A DNA stretch of 64,000 bases from the NCBI RefSeq assembly GCF_055900595.2, contig NZ_CM148325.1. One strand, 5' to 3'. The notes beneath the pieces are model-generated. The model saw only the letters and a program-made list of their open reading frames with translations. It ran no database searches and was not told where the DNA came from. This document shows positions 42,080-53,694 of this stretch, in pieces; the first letter of the stretch is position 1; every line of letters begins with the position of its first letter. Made by a program: the position numbers and the translations under genes.

Positions 42080-42853
42080 TCAGGCGTCGACTTTATCCAG
42101 CGGCCATGAATCAAACAGATAGCCATCAAAATAAATATCGTCAACGTTCGAGAATTCAAGCAGACGTTGCTTCACGTTTTCCAGATGCTGCCACATTGCC
42201 AGCTTCGCCGCTCGGGCGTCTTTTTTGATTAACGCGGCGAGGATCTGTTTGTGATCGCCCAACCACTCTTTGCGATACAGGCTGTCATCCAGATGGCTGT
42301 GCAATTGGATCCACATTGGATTGTTTTCCCGCCACTGCCAGGACTGACGGAATAACTCCACCAGCATGCTGTTATGCGTTGCTTCGGCAATGGCGAGATG
42401 GAACTGCATATCACCGCTTTCGCTGCTACCCGGCGCGCTGGAAGCCAGTTCACGCTCTTCCAGTTGCAATGCCTGACGCATTTTGACGATATCTTCGCGG
42501 GTAGCCTGCAGGGCGGCAAATTCCGCGATGTTACTTTCCAGTAACTGACGCGCCTGTAACAGCTCAAAAGGACCCGCATCATTGCAAACGTTGGCATCCG
42601 GACCGTCTGTGTTCTGGCTGTCTGAGCTATCAAGAACATAAATACCGGCACCCCGGCGCACTTCCACCAGCCCTTTGATCTCCAGCATGATCAGCGCTTC
42701 ACGTACCACCGTCCGCGTGACATCAAGCATTTCTGCAATTTCACGCTCCGGCGGCAGCCGTTCGCCAGGATTGTACGGCGTCTTTATGATCAGATCGCGG
42801 ATCATCGCCCCGACTTCCTGGTAAGGTCTTTGCGCAGAGGTGGCAGATTTCAT
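42080..42853 (-). CDS. uxuR: GntR/FadR-family repressor UxuR
   Basis: 257 aa; N-terminal GntR HTH and FadR-type C-terminal domain; sits next to uxuB/uxuA. Confidence 0.9.
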   Translation of the reverse strand: MKSATSAQRPYQEVGAMIRDLIIKTPYNPGERLPPEREIAEMLDVTRTVVREALIMLEIKGLVEVRRGAGIYVLDSSDSQNTDGPDANVCNDAGPFELLQARQLLESNIAEFAALQATREDIVKMRQALQLEERELASSAPGSSESGDMQFHLAIAEATHNSMLVELFRQSWQWRENNPMWIQLHSHLDDSLYRKEWLGDHKQILAALIKKDARAAKLAMWQHLENVKQRLLEFSNVDDIYFDGYLFDSWPLDKVDA

Positions 42854-42884
42854 GGTGTTGTGTCCGTTAGGTGCAGTTAATCAA

Positions 42885-42930
42885 ATTTTTGCCGGATGCG
42901 GCGTGAACGCCTTATCCGGCCTACAACGGG
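42885..42930. repeat. REP element
   Basis: GCCGGATGCGGCGTGAACGCCTTATCCGGCCTAC read directly in the uxuB-uxuR intergenic region. Coordinates approximate. Confidence 0.5.
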
Positions 42931-43066
42931 CGATTTTACGGCACCCGTCAATCTCAAACTATACCATTAGCACTGGAAGTTGGCACGTACAGGTGGGCAA
43001 AAAACGAAAACTGGTCAACCAAATATGCGTTTGATTGACCAGTAAGTCTGTAGGGTAATCAGTTAG

Positions 43067-44527
43067 TTACAGCGCAGCCACACACTCGCGCGCACCGCGT
43101 TCACACAGCTGCTGATATGCCGCCGTCACCGCGCCAACAAAGTCGGCATTCTGCGGCAGATCATCGGCAAAAATACCGCTCAGGCCCAGCAGCGCTTTCA
43201 CGCGGTCTGCGCCCTGATACTGCGCGTTGATCTTCTGGAACTCCGCCAGCATCGGGTCGACCACGTCAATGGCATTCCCCTGCTCATCCACCCCCTGGGT
43301 GTAACGCATCCAGCCAGCCACGCCGAGCGCCAGGTGACGCCAGCTACCGCCGTTTTGCAAGTGCAGACGCACCGGGTCCAACAGACGCTGCGGTAACTTC
43401 TGGCTGCCGTCCATCGCAATCTGCCAGGTACGGTGACGCAGAGACGGGTTGCTGAAACGCTCGATCAGCAGCGTCGCATAGGCGTTCAGGTCCGTACCTT
43501 CCGGCATCGACAGCGTTGGCGCTTGTTCCTGCATCATCAGGGCAAAGGCCGCTTTGCGATAATCCGGGTTAGTCATGGTGTCGGCAATAGTTTCATAGCC
43601 GCCGAGGTAACCGAGGTACGCCAGGAAAGAGTGGCTGCCGTTCAGCATACGCAATTTCATCATTTCGAACGGCACAACGTCTGCAACGAACTGTGCGCCC
43701 ACTTTATCCCAGTCCGGGCGACCATTAACGAAGTTATCTTCAATGACCCACTGACGGAATGGTTCGCAGGCAATGGCGCACGGGTCGTAAACGCCCAGCT
43801 GGTCAGCAATTTCCTGCAACGTTTCTGGGGTAGCTGCCGGAACGATGCGGTCAACCATGGTGCACGGGAAGGTGACGTTCTCTTCAATCCATGCCGCCAG
43901 TTGCGGATCGCGCGCCTGAGCCAGCCCCAGAACAGCAACTTTTGCCACGTGACCGTTTTCACGCACGTTGTCGCAGGACATGACAGTAAACGCTTTCAGC
44001 CCTTTTTCACGACGCAGACGCAACGCTTCTACGATGTAACCAATCGCCGACTTCGGCGCAGTCGGGTTTTCCAGATCGTGCTTAATCAGCGGATTATTGA
44101 GATCCAGCTGACCGCTCGCCGCATCGGCGCAGTAACCTTTTTCCGTGACCGTCAGGGAGACAATCGCCGTCTGCGGACGCGCCATCGCGTTGAGAATACC
44201 TTCACAACCGTCGATTTCCGGGTGCAGCGCTTCTTTCATCGAGCCAATAATTTTCAGCTCGGTGCTTTCTGCGCCTTTTTCCGCCACGGTATACAGCAGT
44301 TGCTGTTTTTTCAGGTTTTCGATCAGCACGCGGTCGTTGCCTGGCATCAGGTTAACTTCGCAGATACCCCAGTCGCTGTCGGTGCTTTCCAGCAGATGAT
44401 GGGTGTACAGCGCCTGGTGCGCGCGGTGAAACGCCCCGCAACCGAGATGCACAATGCGTGATTCCAGACGAGAATGATCCCATGACGGGCGGGCAACCGG
44501 CAGATTGCTGTCAACAATAGTAGTCAT
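43067..44527 (-). CDS. uxuB: D-mannonate oxidoreductase UxuB
   Basis: 486 aa; long-chain mannitol-dehydrogenase-family protein; operon position downstream of uxuA. Confidence 0.9.
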   Translation of the reverse strand: MTTIVDSNLPVARPSWDHSRLESRIVHLGCGAFHRAHQALYTHHLLESTDSDWGICEVNLMPGNDRVLIENLKKQQLLYTVAEKGAESTELKIIGSMKEALHPEIDGCEGILNAMARPQTAIVSLTVTEKGYCADAASGQLDLNNPLIKHDLENPTAPKSAIGYIVEALRLRREKGLKAFTVMSCDNVRENGHVAKVAVLGLAQARDPQLAAWIEENVTFPCTMVDRIVPAATPETLQEIADQLGVYDPCAIACEPFRQWVIEDNFVNGRPDWDKVGAQFVADVVPFEMMKLRMLNGSHSFLAYLGYLGGYETIADTMTNPDYRKAAFALMMQEQAPTLSMPEGTDLNAYATLLIERFSNPSLRHRTWQIAMDGSQKLPQRLLDPVRLHLQNGGSWRHLALGVAGWMRYTQGVDEQGNAIDVVDPMLAEFQKINAQYQGADRVKALLGLSGIFADDLPQNADFVGAVTAAYQQLCERGARECVAAL

Positions 44528-44607
44528 CGTAAACTCCAGAATTCGTCTTCAGAGAGTGACGGCAAGGAAGAAGGAACCGGCACGGCGCGCAGCCATGCCG
44601 GTGGATA

Positions 44608-45792
44608 TTAACGGCTAAAGAAAGCGCGCTGGATCGCCATTTCGACACCGCGAACTTCGGCCAGGCCTTTCAGACGACCAATCGCGGAGTAACCTGGGTT
44701 GGTTTTCTTCTTCAGGTCGTCCAGCATCTGATGACCGTGGTCCGGACGCATCGGGATCAGGTCTTCTTTGCCTTCCGCTTTACGACGGTGTTCTTCTTCA
44801 ACAATCGCTTTCACCACTTCGTACATATCAACGTCACCGTTCAGGTGCGCCGCTTCGTGGAAGGTTTTCGGGTTATCTTCACGCATGGTGGAACGCAGAT
44901 GGGTGAAGTAAATACGCGGACCGAACTGCTTGATCATATCAACCAGATCGTTGTCAGCACGCACGCCGTAGGAACCGGTGCACATGGTGAAACCGTTCGC
45001 CATGCTGTTTACGGTATCAACCATCCACTGCATATCTTCAATGGTGGAAACGATACGCGGCAGGCCGAGGATTGGGCGCGGCGGATCGTCCGGGTGAACA
45101 GCCATACGCACGCCAACTTCTTCCGCAACTGGAATGATCGCCTTCAGGAAGACCGCAAAGTTTTCGCGCAGTTTGGCTTTGTCGATATCTTTGTACAGCT
45201 CCAGGTGCTTACGGAACTGGTCAAGGGTGTAGCCTTCTTCCGCGCCCGGCAGACCGGCAATGATGTTACGGGTCAGACGCGCTTTGTCTTCGTCGCTCAT
45301 AGTGGCGAAGCGTTCAGCGGCCTGAGCAATTTCTTCTTCGGTGTAATCCGCTTCCGCGCCTGGACGCTTGAGGATGTGCATTTCAAACGCAGCAAATTCG
45401 ATCTGGTCGAAGCGCAGAGCTTTGGAGCCATCTGGCAGCACGTATTCGAGGTCAGTACGGGTCCAGTCGAGCACCGGCATGAAGTTGTAGCACACGGTGC
45501 GAATGCCGCACTGCGCCAGGTTGCGCAGAGTCTGCTGATAGTTAGCGATCCACTGCTCATAGTTGCCAGTATGAGTTTTGATATCTTCGTGAATTGGCAC
45601 ACTTTCCACAACAGACCACACCAGGCCTGCGTCTTCAACGATCGCCTTGCGTTTGAGGATCTCTTCTACTGACCACACTTCCCCGTTCGGGATATGGTGC
45701 AAAGCGGTAACCACGCCAGTCGCGCCCGCCTGACGGACATCAGCTAAAGTGACCGGATCATTAGGGCCGTACCAGCGCCAGGTCTGTTCCAT
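44608..45792 (-). CDS. uxuA: mannonate dehydratase UxuA
   Basis: ORF track 44608..45828; start at in-frame [14 protein letters not shown] (aa 13) giving 394 aa. Confidence 0.9.
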   Translation of the reverse strand: MEQTWRWYGPNDPVTLADVRQAGATGVVTALHHIPNGEVWSVEEILKRKAIVEDAGLVWSVVESVPIHEDIKTHTGNYEQWIANYQQTLRNLAQCGIRTVCYNFMPVLDWTRTDLEYVLPDGSKALRFDQIEFAAFEMHILKRPGAEADYTEEEIAQAAERFATMSDEDKARLTRNIIAGLPGAEEGYTLDQFRKHLELYKDIDKAKLRENFAVFLKAIIPVAEEVGVRMAVHPDDPPRPILGLPRIVSTIEDMQWMVDTVNSMANGFTMCTGSYGVRADNDLVDMIKQFGPRIYFTHLRSTMREDNPKTFHEAAHLNGDVDMYEVVKAIVEEEHRRKAEGKEDLIPMRPDHGHQMLDDLKKKTNPGYSAIGRLKGLAEVRGVEMAIQRAFFSR

Positions 45793-45951
45793 GATTTTTC
45801 CTCTTTCACATAGTGGGTTCCACAGCAAAAAAACGCGGAATCCCGGAGTTGTTTAGGTATCCGGATGAACAACCAGACCGCAGCCGTGGCATTGCATCGG
45901 ATGAGATGGCGTATAAGTTCTACCTTTTGGTAAGACATGTCAACCCGAATT

Positions 45952-45970
45952 CAAAAATTGGTTAACCACA
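45952..45970. promoter_or_regulatory. candidate UxuR/ExuR (FadR-type) operator, AAATTGGTTAACCA
   Basis: Near-palindromic TGGTTAACCA core read in the uxuA-gntP divergent intergenic region; fits the TnGT...ACnA pattern bound by FadR-subfamily GntR regulators. Coordinates approximate. Confidence 0.3.
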
Positions 45971-46131
45971 TCACAAGATTTTCACGCGCACGCTCGTTGC
46001 TGCAAATTGCAGCAACGGGTAATTGATAGTTATTAATCAGAGGGTGTGACATTCATCGCAACAATGGTTGACCAATTTACATAACATGTCGCCCAAAATA
46101 ACAACGGTTCAACCAGGTAAGGTAAAACGTT

Positions 46132-47475
46132 ATGCATGTGCTTAACATTCTTTGGGTAGTATTCGGTATCGGTCTGATGCTGGTACTGAATTTGAAGTTC
46201 AAAATCAATTCAATGGTGGCTTTGCTAGTGGCGGCGCTATCCGTCGGGATGTTGGCGGGCATGGATTTGATGTCGCTGCTGCACACCATGAAAGCGGGCT
46301 TCGGCAACACGCTGGGGGAACTGGCAATCATTGTTGTGTTCGGTGCGGTCATTGGTAAATTGATGGTCGACTCCGGCGCGGCTCATCAGATAGCGCATAC
46401 GCTGCTGGCGCGTCTCGGCCTGCGCTATGTCCAGATATCGGTGATTATCATCGGCCTGATTTTTGGTCTGGCGATGTTCTATGAAGTGGCCTTTATCATG
46501 TTAGCGCCGCTGGTTATCGTCATTGCCGCCGAAGCTAAAATTCCGTTCCTGAAACTGGCTATTCCGGCAGTAGCGGCTGCTACCACCGCACATTCACTTT
46601 TCCCTCCGCAGCCGGGTCCGGTGGCGCTGGTGAATGCTTATGGTGCAGATATGGGGATGGTTTATATCTATGGTGTACTGGTGACAATCCCAAGCGTAAT
46701 CTGCGCAGGCCTGATTCTGCCGAAGTTCCTCGGTAATCTTGAGCGCCCAACGCCATCATTCCTCAAAGCGGATCAACCTTTGGATATGAATAATCTCCCC
46801 TCTTTCGGCGTTTCGATTCTGGTACCGCTGATCCCGGCGATCATTATGATCTCTACCACTATCGCCAATATCTGGCTGGTCAAAGACACCCCTGCGTGGG
46901 AAGTCGTTAACTTTATAGGTTCATCGCCGATTGCAATGTTTATTGCGATGGTGGTTGCATTCGTACTCTTTGGCACCGCGCGTGGTCATGACATGCAGTG
47001 GGTGATGAACGCCTTTGAAAGCGCGGTAAAAAGCATTGCGATGGTGATTCTGATCATTGGTGCGGGCGGCGTGCTGAAGCAGACCATCATCGACACCGGC
47101 ATTGGTGACACCATCGGCATGTTGATGTCCCACGGCAATATCTCGCCGTACATCATGGCGTGGCTGATCACTGTGCTAATTCGTCTGGCGACGGGTCAAG
47201 GTGTGGTTTCAGCGATGACCGCCGCCGGGATTATCAGTGCTGCAATCCTTGATCCAGCAACCGGTCAACTGGTTGGCGTGAATCCGGCGCTGCTGGTACT
47301 GGCGACGGCTGCGGGTTCCAACACCCTCACCCACATTAACGATGCCTCATTCTGGTTGTTCAAAGGTTACTTTGACCTGTCAGTAAAAGACACGTTGAAA
47401 ACATGGGGTCTGCTGGAGCTGGTCAACTCCGTGGTTGGGCTGATTATTGTGTTGATTATTAGCATGGTAGCGTAA
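46132..47475 (+). CDS. gntP: gluconate/fructuronate GntP-family permease
   Basis: 447 aa polytopic transporter; size and position match E. coli GntP. Confidence 0.9.
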   Translation: MHVLNILWVVFGIGLMLVLNLKFKINSMVALLVAALSVGMLAGMDLMSLLHTMKAGFGNTLGELAIIVVFGAVIGKLMVDSGAAHQIAHTLLARLGLRYVQISVIIIGLIFGLAMFYEVAFIMLAPLVIVIAAEAKIPFLKLAIPAVAAATTAHSLFPPQPGPVALVNAYGADMGMVYIYGVLVTIPSVICAGLILPKFLGNLERPTPSFLKADQPLDMNNLPSFGVSILVPLIPAIIMISTTIANIWLVKDTPAWEVVNFIGSSPIAMFIAMVVAFVLFGTARGHDMQWVMNAFESAVKSIAMVILIIGAGGVLKQTIIDTGIGDTIGMLMSHGNISPYIMAWLITVLIRLATGQGVVSAMTAAGIISAAILDPATGQLVGVNPALLVLATAAGSNTLTHINDASFWLFKGYFDLSVKDTLKTWGLLELVNSVVGLIIVLIISMVA

Positions 47476-47519
47476 AAGAACACCAGAGCCTGCCAATGGC
47501 AGGCTCTATTCAGATTCGC

Positions 47520-47610
47520 CTTGTTTATGCCAGATGCGACGCTGCCGCGTCTTATCTGGCCTACAAAGGGCTAACGTGCGGGTTTGTAGGTAGCGTAGCG
47601 CATCAGGCAA
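47520..47610. repeat. REP elements between convergent gntP and fimH
   Basis: CGTCTTATCTGGCCTACAAAGGG and GTAGGTAGCGTAGCGCATCAGGCA-type REP units. Coordinates approximate. Confidence 0.5.
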
Positions 47611-47647
47611 TATTGCGTACCAGCATTAGCAATGTCCTGTGATTTCT

Positions 47648-48550
47648 TTATTGATAAACAAAAGTCACGCCAATAATCGATTGCACATTCCCTGCAGTCA
47701 CCTGCCCTCCGGTACGTGCGTAATTTGCCGTTAATCCCAGACTTACCGCCGAAGTCCCTACTGCTCCTAACGATACCGTGTTATTCGCTGGAATAATCGT
47801 ACCGTTGCGCGTTAACTGTACGCCGACGCCCTGTGCTGGTGAAAACGACGCGGTATTGGTGAAAATCGAGTTGCCCGCATCTGCGGTTGTGCCGGAGAGG
47901 TAATACCCCAGGTTTTGGCTTTTCGCACAATAAACGGTAAGAGGAATAGGTACCGAACCGGGATAGTCCGGCAGAGTCACGGTGACATCACGAGCAGAAA
48001 CATCACAGCCGCCAGTGGGCACCACCACATCATTATTGGCGTAAATATTCCACACAAACTGGAAATCATCGCTGTTATAGTTGTTGGTCTGTCGCAAAAT
48101 AAGCACGGCAATTAATGAGCCAGCTTTAATCGCCACCCCGCCCGCACTGCTCACAGGCGTCAAATAAAGCGCCACCGGCCACGGCTTATCCGTTCTCGAA
48201 TTATAAACAACGCGCGGCGTTTCGCTGGTGGTAGGAAATGGATAGCTACTGCCACTATATTTTACGGTCCCGGAAAAATGAGATAACACGCCGCCATAAG
48301 CCGAACCTCGTTGCAGTGTGACATAGTCTGTAATGGTTTCCGGGTAATCGTTATGGCAAAAGATTTGCGTCGAAAGATCTACGACCAGGTTTTGCCCCAC
48401 ATTCACGGCGGGCGCAAGGTTTACATAAACATTGGCGCTGCCACCGCCAATAGGGATAGCGGTGCCATTGGCGGTTTTACAGGCGAATGACCAGGCATTT
48501 ACCGACCAACCCATCAACAGTACAGCAAACAGGGTAATAACTCTTTTCAT
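47648..48550 (-). CDS. fimH: type 1 fimbrial mannose-binding tip adhesin FimH
   Basis: ORF track 47648..48559; start at in-frame MKRVITLFAVLLMGWSVNAWSFACKTANG (aa 4) giving 300 aa. Confidence 0.9.
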   Translation of the reverse strand: MKRVITLFAVLLMGWSVNAWSFACKTANGTAIPIGGGSANVYVNLAPAVNVGQNLVVDLSTQIFCHNDYPETITDYVTLQRGSAYGGVLSHFSGTVKYSGSSYPFPTTSETPRVVYNSRTDKPWPVALYLTPVSSAGGVAIKAGSLIAVLILRQTNNYNSDDFQFVWNIYANNDVVVPTGGCDVSARDVTVTLPDYPGSVPIPLTVYCAKSQNLGYYLSGTTADAGNSIFTNTASFSPAQGVGVQLTRNGTIIPANNTVSLGAVGTSAVSLGLTANYARTGGQVTAGNVQSIIGVTFVYQ

Positions 48551-48569
48551 TACAATCATCTCTTCGGAT

Positions 48570-49073
48570 TCAGCTGTAGGTATAGGTGATGCTAATCACT
48601 GCCTGAATGGTTCCCTGAGTGGCTCCGCCATTTACCGTCAATGCTCTGACCTGTAACGGGAAGTGCGCTGATTGTGAGGAATCATCCACCTGAACTGTTT
48701 TGGTTGCGCCAGTATTCAATGTGTTGCCACTGTCATCCTGTAGCTCTAACTGGATGTTTTGCGCGGTCCCCTGGTTTTTATAATATCCGGTACTGTCGGC
48801 TGCCCCGCTGAAGCTGGCGGTGACCCTCGACGTTCCCACCGGACAATGAGTCAACTCAAGCGCAACATCATGCCAGGCCGATGCCGCCCCGGCAGACATC
48901 AGACTGAAAGAATAAAGATCGCCGAGATCTACCGTGGCATTGGTGGTGGAAACCGTGCACGGTTTGGCGACGACCTTACCGTTCACCGTGATGGTGACAT
49001 CGGCTGCCTGTATCGTCGCACTTGCGAGCGCCAACATTGTCGCCAATAAATACCCACGTTTGCGCCATTTCAT
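48570..49073 (-). CDS. fimG: type 1 fimbrial minor subunit FimG
   Basis: Start at in-frame MKWRKRG (aa 3) giving 167 aa. Confidence 0.9.
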   Translation of the reverse strand: MKWRKRGYLLATMLALASATIQAADVTITVNGKVVAKPCTVSTTNATVDLGDLYSFSLMSAGAASAWHDVALELTHCPVGTSRVTASFSGAADSTGYYKNQGTAQNIQLELQDDSGNTLNTGATKTVQVDDSSQSAHFPLQVRALTVNGGATQGTIQAVISITYTYS

Positions 49074-49085
49074 GAGCATCTCCAG

Positions 49086-49616
49086 TTACTGATATTCAAG
49101 AGTGAAGGTAGCCGTGGCATTGATATGCCCCGCAGTGACAGGCACCTGTGTCGCCATTAGCCGGGCGTAAAAATTCAGCGTATTTGGTTTACCCGGCGTC
49201 AGGGTCGTCCACGAAATCGCGGAGGATGGCGCATTAAGGGGGATCTGATTTTGTTGCTCATTCAGAAGCTGTATTCCCAGCCCCGCAGCCGCTGACACCG
49301 TATTTTCAAGTGCAAGCAGGTTGGCATTGTGACTATCTGCAACGCCGGTAAACCCAACCTTTACGGCAGAAACGGCATTACCACAGGGTGACAGCAAAAT
49401 ACGAAATGGAACGACAGGAGTCGTCGCGCCAATGTTGTTAAATTGCTTCGCCGCGTTTTCCATCAGATCAACAGTAAAATTGGTTGATTCAGCGGCCACA
49501 CTACAGCCGTTATCTCTGACATAGCCGCGGATAGTAATCGTGCTATCCGCAGCCAAAGCGTGACTTACCGCCAGCCACAAAAAAGCGCACAGAAGATAAA
49601 AAGGTTTGCTTTTCAT
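49086..49616 (-). CDS. fimF: type 1 fimbrial minor subunit FimF
   Basis: Start at second codon of the ORF track (ATG) giving 176 aa. Confidence 0.9.
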   Translation of the reverse strand: MKSKPFYLLCAFLWLAVSHALAADSTITIRGYVRDNGCSVAAESTNFTVDLMENAAKQFNNIGATTPVVPFRILLSPCGNAVSAVKVGFTGVADSHNANLLALENTVSAAAGLGIQLLNEQQNQIPLNAPSSAISWTTLTPGKPNTLNFYARLMATQVPVTAGHINATATFTLEYQ

Positions 49617-49625
49617 CACGCCCCC

Positions 49626-52262
49626 TTAACGACATTCAGCTGATAGCTGGGTTAATAACTGCTGCTGACTCTCTGGTGGCAGTTGATAATTGGCGACACA
49701 GTGAGCATTTTCCTCTTCTCCCCATTTCACCTGAACTTTTCCCGCTAAAGGCATCCCGCTGAGATAAACCTGACCATTATCCGCAACAATGCCGCTACTC
49801 TGGCTACTCTCTGATGTGACCATCGCCCCAAACGGCAGCGGCTTATTATTATGGGTTAGCGTCATGAGCAGTTTTATCCCAACACGCGCTTTAAACTCTG
49901 CTCGCACAATTGCCCCACGGGTGGGAACAACGTTAGCGACCGCGTTATCTAAATCGACGTTATCAGCCAGGGTATTGGTATCCAGCGCCACTCTATTTTC
50001 CCGATATTCTGTGGCATAAGGCAGCACGGCATAGCCGCGCCAGTCGGTACGCACCCCCGTCTGGTTTTCAACTTTTGCATCTTTTGCGCCGGGTGCTTTA
50101 ACAAGCACCACCGTATCGTTTAACGGCTGCCCCAGCGTTACGCCATTGGCATGAGCCAATACCCCACCGCTGATTCCGTAATAGAGCTGCTTAATATCAT
50201 CGCTATGGCTGTAACCAATGTTGGCATTGCCGTAGCCACCGCGATAATTCAGCGCGGCGTAGCCTGTACTTCCGCTATTACCATCGCCTCCCCCGGCATA
50301 GCCGGTTTGCACGCTATAGCTGAGGTTATTGTCTTCCAGCAACGTACCGTATACGCCCGCAAGGTTGGTCATCCGACCGTTGAGATCGTGTGACATGCTG
50401 TAGCTGGCACTGGCATGTCGCCACTGAGATTTACTGTCAGAACGCAGCCAGTGGCTGAAAGGAATATTGACGTTAAGAGCCAACATCTGATCCCGTCCTT
50501 TTTGCCACGCGTTTTTCGTCAGGCTATAGCTGAGCGTCCAGTTGATATCTTCGAAAGCAGTATTTAATCCAGCCTGGAATTGCTCATCGACATTACTCGT
50601 TCCCCAATAAGTTTGATGGCTACCACTCAAATACAGTGTTGATGTGCGCCCGAGTTGCTGAGTAACAGTGAGCTGTAATTTCCCGCGTTTGTTATAAGCG
50701 AGATTGTAATAGTCGGTAAATTTCGGCTTAACCTGAATAACACCATCCTGTGTTTCGATGTTGTAGCCATTCATTCGGCTGTATGTTGTATCAGCGAAAT
50801 TAAAATACCCGCTGGTCGAGTAACGGTAACCCACTAACTGAAAATTCGTACCTGACTCATTGAGCGATTTGTTATAGAGAAAACGCACCGATTGCCCGTC
50901 ATGCTGACTGTCATCAGGAAGTGTGGAATTAGCCTGCGTCATATCCACGGACAGAGCGCCCAGTGCCCCCATGTTTTTCCCGATACCGAAATTAAAAGCG
51001 CGATAACGATCCGCCAGTTGCGTTCCACCATATATTGTCCAGCCAGCCGGAAGGCCGTGGAGTAATGTACTCTGGAAAAAACGGGGTTTATCCTGTTGCG
51101 CATTTCCACTACGGTATTCTCCTGCCGTAATGGAATAACGAGTATGCCCTTCACGTTGCAAAAGCGGGACTGACGAATAGGGTACGGTAAAGATCTGCGT
51201 GCTACCGTCAGCCTCTTTAATCGTTACCTGCAAGTCACCACTATTACCTGCGGCATAGATATCGTTGATGGTAAAAGGCCCCGGTGGCACCGTACTATTA
51301 TAAATGTCATACCCATTTTGTTTAATAGTGACCTGTGCAGTACCACGCGCAATACCGTGGATCACCGGGGCAAATCCTCTTTGGCTATCGGGTAACATAT
51401 TGTCATCTGAGGCCAATTGTGCGCCGCGAAAGTTAATACCATCGAAAATATCGCCCTGAGTATAACCATCACCCAGCGTCAGCCGGGAACGTAACGGAAT
51501 TATGTCTCGCTCAAGCCAGGTATTGATATGCTGCCATTTATTTTTGCTACCTGATGAACTGTCGCTACTGTTATAACTCCAGGTGGTATTGTCGCGTAAA
51601 CGCCACGCACCAATATTTAACCCACTCTGTAGGTTTAAATATGCATAATGGCTGTTACCACCAATCCGATTCTGTACACTATTTCCGCTGAAATTATAAT
51701 TGAGCAATCCGGCATTAATACCGGGGTCCCATAACTCTGGAGGAATATAACCACGCGCGCGATTACTCATAAATGCCTGAGGGATCGTCAGATTGAGTCG
51801 CTGCTGACCCACATCCAGTTGCGCAGTAGCGTCCTGGATCATTGAGGTTAATGGCACGCAGGCATCATCCGCCAGCAGATTCATACCGGAGACAGAAGCC
51901 GTATTCAGCCCCATACTGGCAAGTTGCGCGCGTGTCAGGCAGGGAACAATCCCTTGTTCGCTGTCGCCCGTATTAAATGTGACATCACGCGTTGCCATAT
52001 AACCATTATTCAAATAGATATCAACACGATACGTCCCTGGCGGTAATTCTTGCCCATTTTCAAAACGCGATAAATCAGCCACAGCCTGGGGATCATCCGC
52101 TAAAAAACGCGGGTTAAAATAGAGTTCGGCAGATGACAAAGGTGCCTGTGTGGCAAAAACACAGGCAACAGAGAGCCGAACAAAAAAACCAGCCAGACGA
52201 GGCTTACGAATATGCAAGCTTTGTGTGTTTCGCTGGTAAAGTCTTAAATTCAGATATGACAT
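49626..52262 (-). CDS. fimD: type 1 fimbrial outer membrane usher FimD
   Basis: 878 aa usher; matches FimD length and position. Confidence 0.95.
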   Translation of the reverse strand: MSYLNLRLYQRNTQSLHIRKPRLAGFFVRLSVACVFATQAPLSSAELYFNPRFLADDPQAVADLSRFENGQELPPGTYRVDIYLNNGYMATRDVTFNTGDSEQGIVPCLTRAQLASMGLNTASVSGMNLLADDACVPLTSMIQDATAQLDVGQQRLNLTIPQAFMSNRARGYIPPELWDPGINAGLLNYNFSGNSVQNRIGGNSHYAYLNLQSGLNIGAWRLRDNTTWSYNSSDSSSGSKNKWQHINTWLERDIIPLRSRLTLGDGYTQGDIFDGINFRGAQLASDDNMLPDSQRGFAPVIHGIARGTAQVTIKQNGYDIYNSTVPPGPFTINDIYAAGNSGDLQVTIKEADGSTQIFTVPYSSVPLLQREGHTRYSITAGEYRSGNAQQDKPRFFQSTLLHGLPAGWTIYGGTQLADRYRAFNFGIGKNMGALGALSVDMTQANSTLPDDSQHDGQSVRFLYNKSLNESGTNFQLVGYRYSTSGYFNFADTTYSRMNGYNIETQDGVIQVKPKFTDYYNLAYNKRGKLQLTVTQQLGRTSTLYLSGSHQTYWGTSNVDEQFQAGLNTAFEDINWTLSYSLTKNAWQKGRDQMLALNVNIPFSHWLRSDSKSQWRHASASYSMSHDLNGRMTNLAGVYGTLLEDNNLSYSVQTGYAGGGDGNSGSTGYAALNYRGGYGNANIGYSHSDDIKQLYYGISGGVLAHANGVTLGQPLNDTVVLVKAPGAKDAKVENQTGVRTDWRGYAVLPYATEYRENRVALDTNTLADNVDLDNAVANVVPTRGAIVRAEFKARVGIKLLMTLTHNNKPLPFGAMVTSESSQSSGIVADNGQVYLSGMPLAGKVQVKWGEEENAHCVANYQLPPESQQQLLTQLSAECR

Positions 52263-52328
52263 TATTCCTCCGGTTTAAAATTACCCGGCAGTCAATTCTT
52301 TTTATTCAGGCGAAAAATTCCCCCTGCG

Positions 52329-53054
52329 TTATTCCATTACGCCCGTCATTTTTGGGGTAAGTGCGCCATAATCATTTATTGTTCGGTAAGTAATATTGCT
52401 TCCTGCATCAGAAGGCAATTTAACCGTGCTTTCGCCCATTGGAGGCACCAAGGCATTTTCAAGAACCCGAGTTCCGGCATTCAACTCTGTTACCGTCAGG
52501 TAATAGGGTGTCGGGTTAATCAGCGTCAGAGAATTCGCGCTACGACGAAATCTTAACTTTTCTGCGGCCTGATCGGGTGGCAACGCTAATTTAGCCGGGC
52601 GATAGTACAATTTAATGCGGCTGATAATTGCGAGCTGTAGCGTATTCTCAGTCAATTTTGATTTATCCATTGACGGAATCGCTTTAACGTTCATCCAGAA
52701 TAAACTTTCCCGATCCTGTGGCAATTGGTTATTTGTGGCATCAAGAATACGCAAGGTATTCTCTTTTTTCCCCTTCATCGCAAACAGAGGTGGTGTCACG
52801 ATAAAACGACCATCCTTTACACCATCGGCATTTTCTACCCATGATTGAATTAAATAGGTGCTATTTTCATCATTATTTGTCACGGCAAGTTGTACTTGTT
52901 TTTGCCCTGCCGGATAAATAACGCGAGTCGCACCTAAGGCCACTCCTGCTTCCGCGCGTCCGGCAGCCATCATTGCCATGATCATCAGGATACCTGCCAG
53001 CAAGCAGAATGTTATTTCCTGCAATTTCCTTACATTGACGTTTTTATTACTCAC
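52329..53054 (-). CDS. fimC: type 1 fimbrial periplasmic chaperone FimC
   Basis: 241 aa PapD-like chaperone; the ORF track M corresponds to a GTG start. Confidence 0.9.
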   Translation of the reverse strand: MSNKNVNVRKLQEITFCLLAGILMIMAMMAAGRAEAGVALGATRVIYPAGQKQVQLAVTNNDENSTYLIQSWVENADGVKDGRFIVTPPLFAMKGKKENTLRILDATNNQLPQDRESLFWMNVKAIPSMDKSKLTENTLQLAIISRIKLYYRPAKLALPPDQAAEKLRFRRSANSLTLINPTPYYLTVTELNAGTRVLENALVPPMGESTVKLPSDAGSNITYRTINDYGALTPKMTGVME

Positions 53055-53090
53055 TGTCCTGTTCCTGTTATCACATTATCTGCTGAACAA

Positions 53091-53630
53091 TTACTGATAG
53101 GTTAAAGAGAACCAGGCCTGAGCATTGGCGATGCCGCCAGTAACCCGACGCCCGGTAGCACGATATTTGGCGATGAAATGTAACGACGTAGAGCCTGAGT
53201 AAAGCCGTTTCCAGTTTGCTGGAGGACGATTAATCGGTACAAGGTTTCCTTCATCATCAAACAACGCTACGCCAATATTGGTGGCAATCCCTGGCCCCTC
53301 TCCCACGGAAAGCACATCCGGATTTTTACCATCCGCGACACCGTGAAACGCCACACCCACACGTTCACTCACCACCGTGCTACATTCCCGTAAATGAATA
53401 ACAAAAGGCACCGGTGCGCTATCTTCCCCAACCGCATGAAACCGGTTACTGCTGATTTGCCCCATATTGACCGTCATTTGTTTATCACCAGCTTCAATCC
53501 GGCAAGCTTCTGCAATAATGACGCCCTGAAATTGCATATTTCCGCCGGGCAACGTGGTGTTCCATTTATTTCCGGCCAGAGCAAACATTGGCAGCAACGA
53601 CGCTAATAGAAATAATCTCTTCCTTTTCAT
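53091..53630 (-). CDS. fimI: fimbrin-like protein FimI
   Basis: ORF track 53091..53762; start at in-frame [19 protein letters not shown] (aa 45) giving 179 aa. Confidence 0.85.
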   Translation of the reverse strand: MKRKRLFLLASLLPMFALAGNKWNTTLPGGNMQFQGVIIAEACRIEAGDKQMTVNMGQISSNRFHAVGEDSAPVPFVIHLRECSTVVSERVGVAFHGVADGKNPDVLSVGEGPGIATNIGVALFDDEGNLVPINRPPANWKRLYSGSTSLHFIAKYRATGRRVTGGIANAQAWFSLTYQ

Positions 53631-53694
53631 CGTTATTTTTATCGCACAAGGGTGGGCATCCCTGCCCATAATGACGTCCCTGAACCTGGGTAGG

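Noticed and set aside
43433-44461. 342-aa plus-strand ORF inside uxuB, and similar antisense ORFs in uxuA (44731..45672), hsdR (11537..12085), yjiR (18186..18725) and fimD
   Set aside because: Antisense or alternative-frame shadows of confidently identified genes, with no independent start signals.
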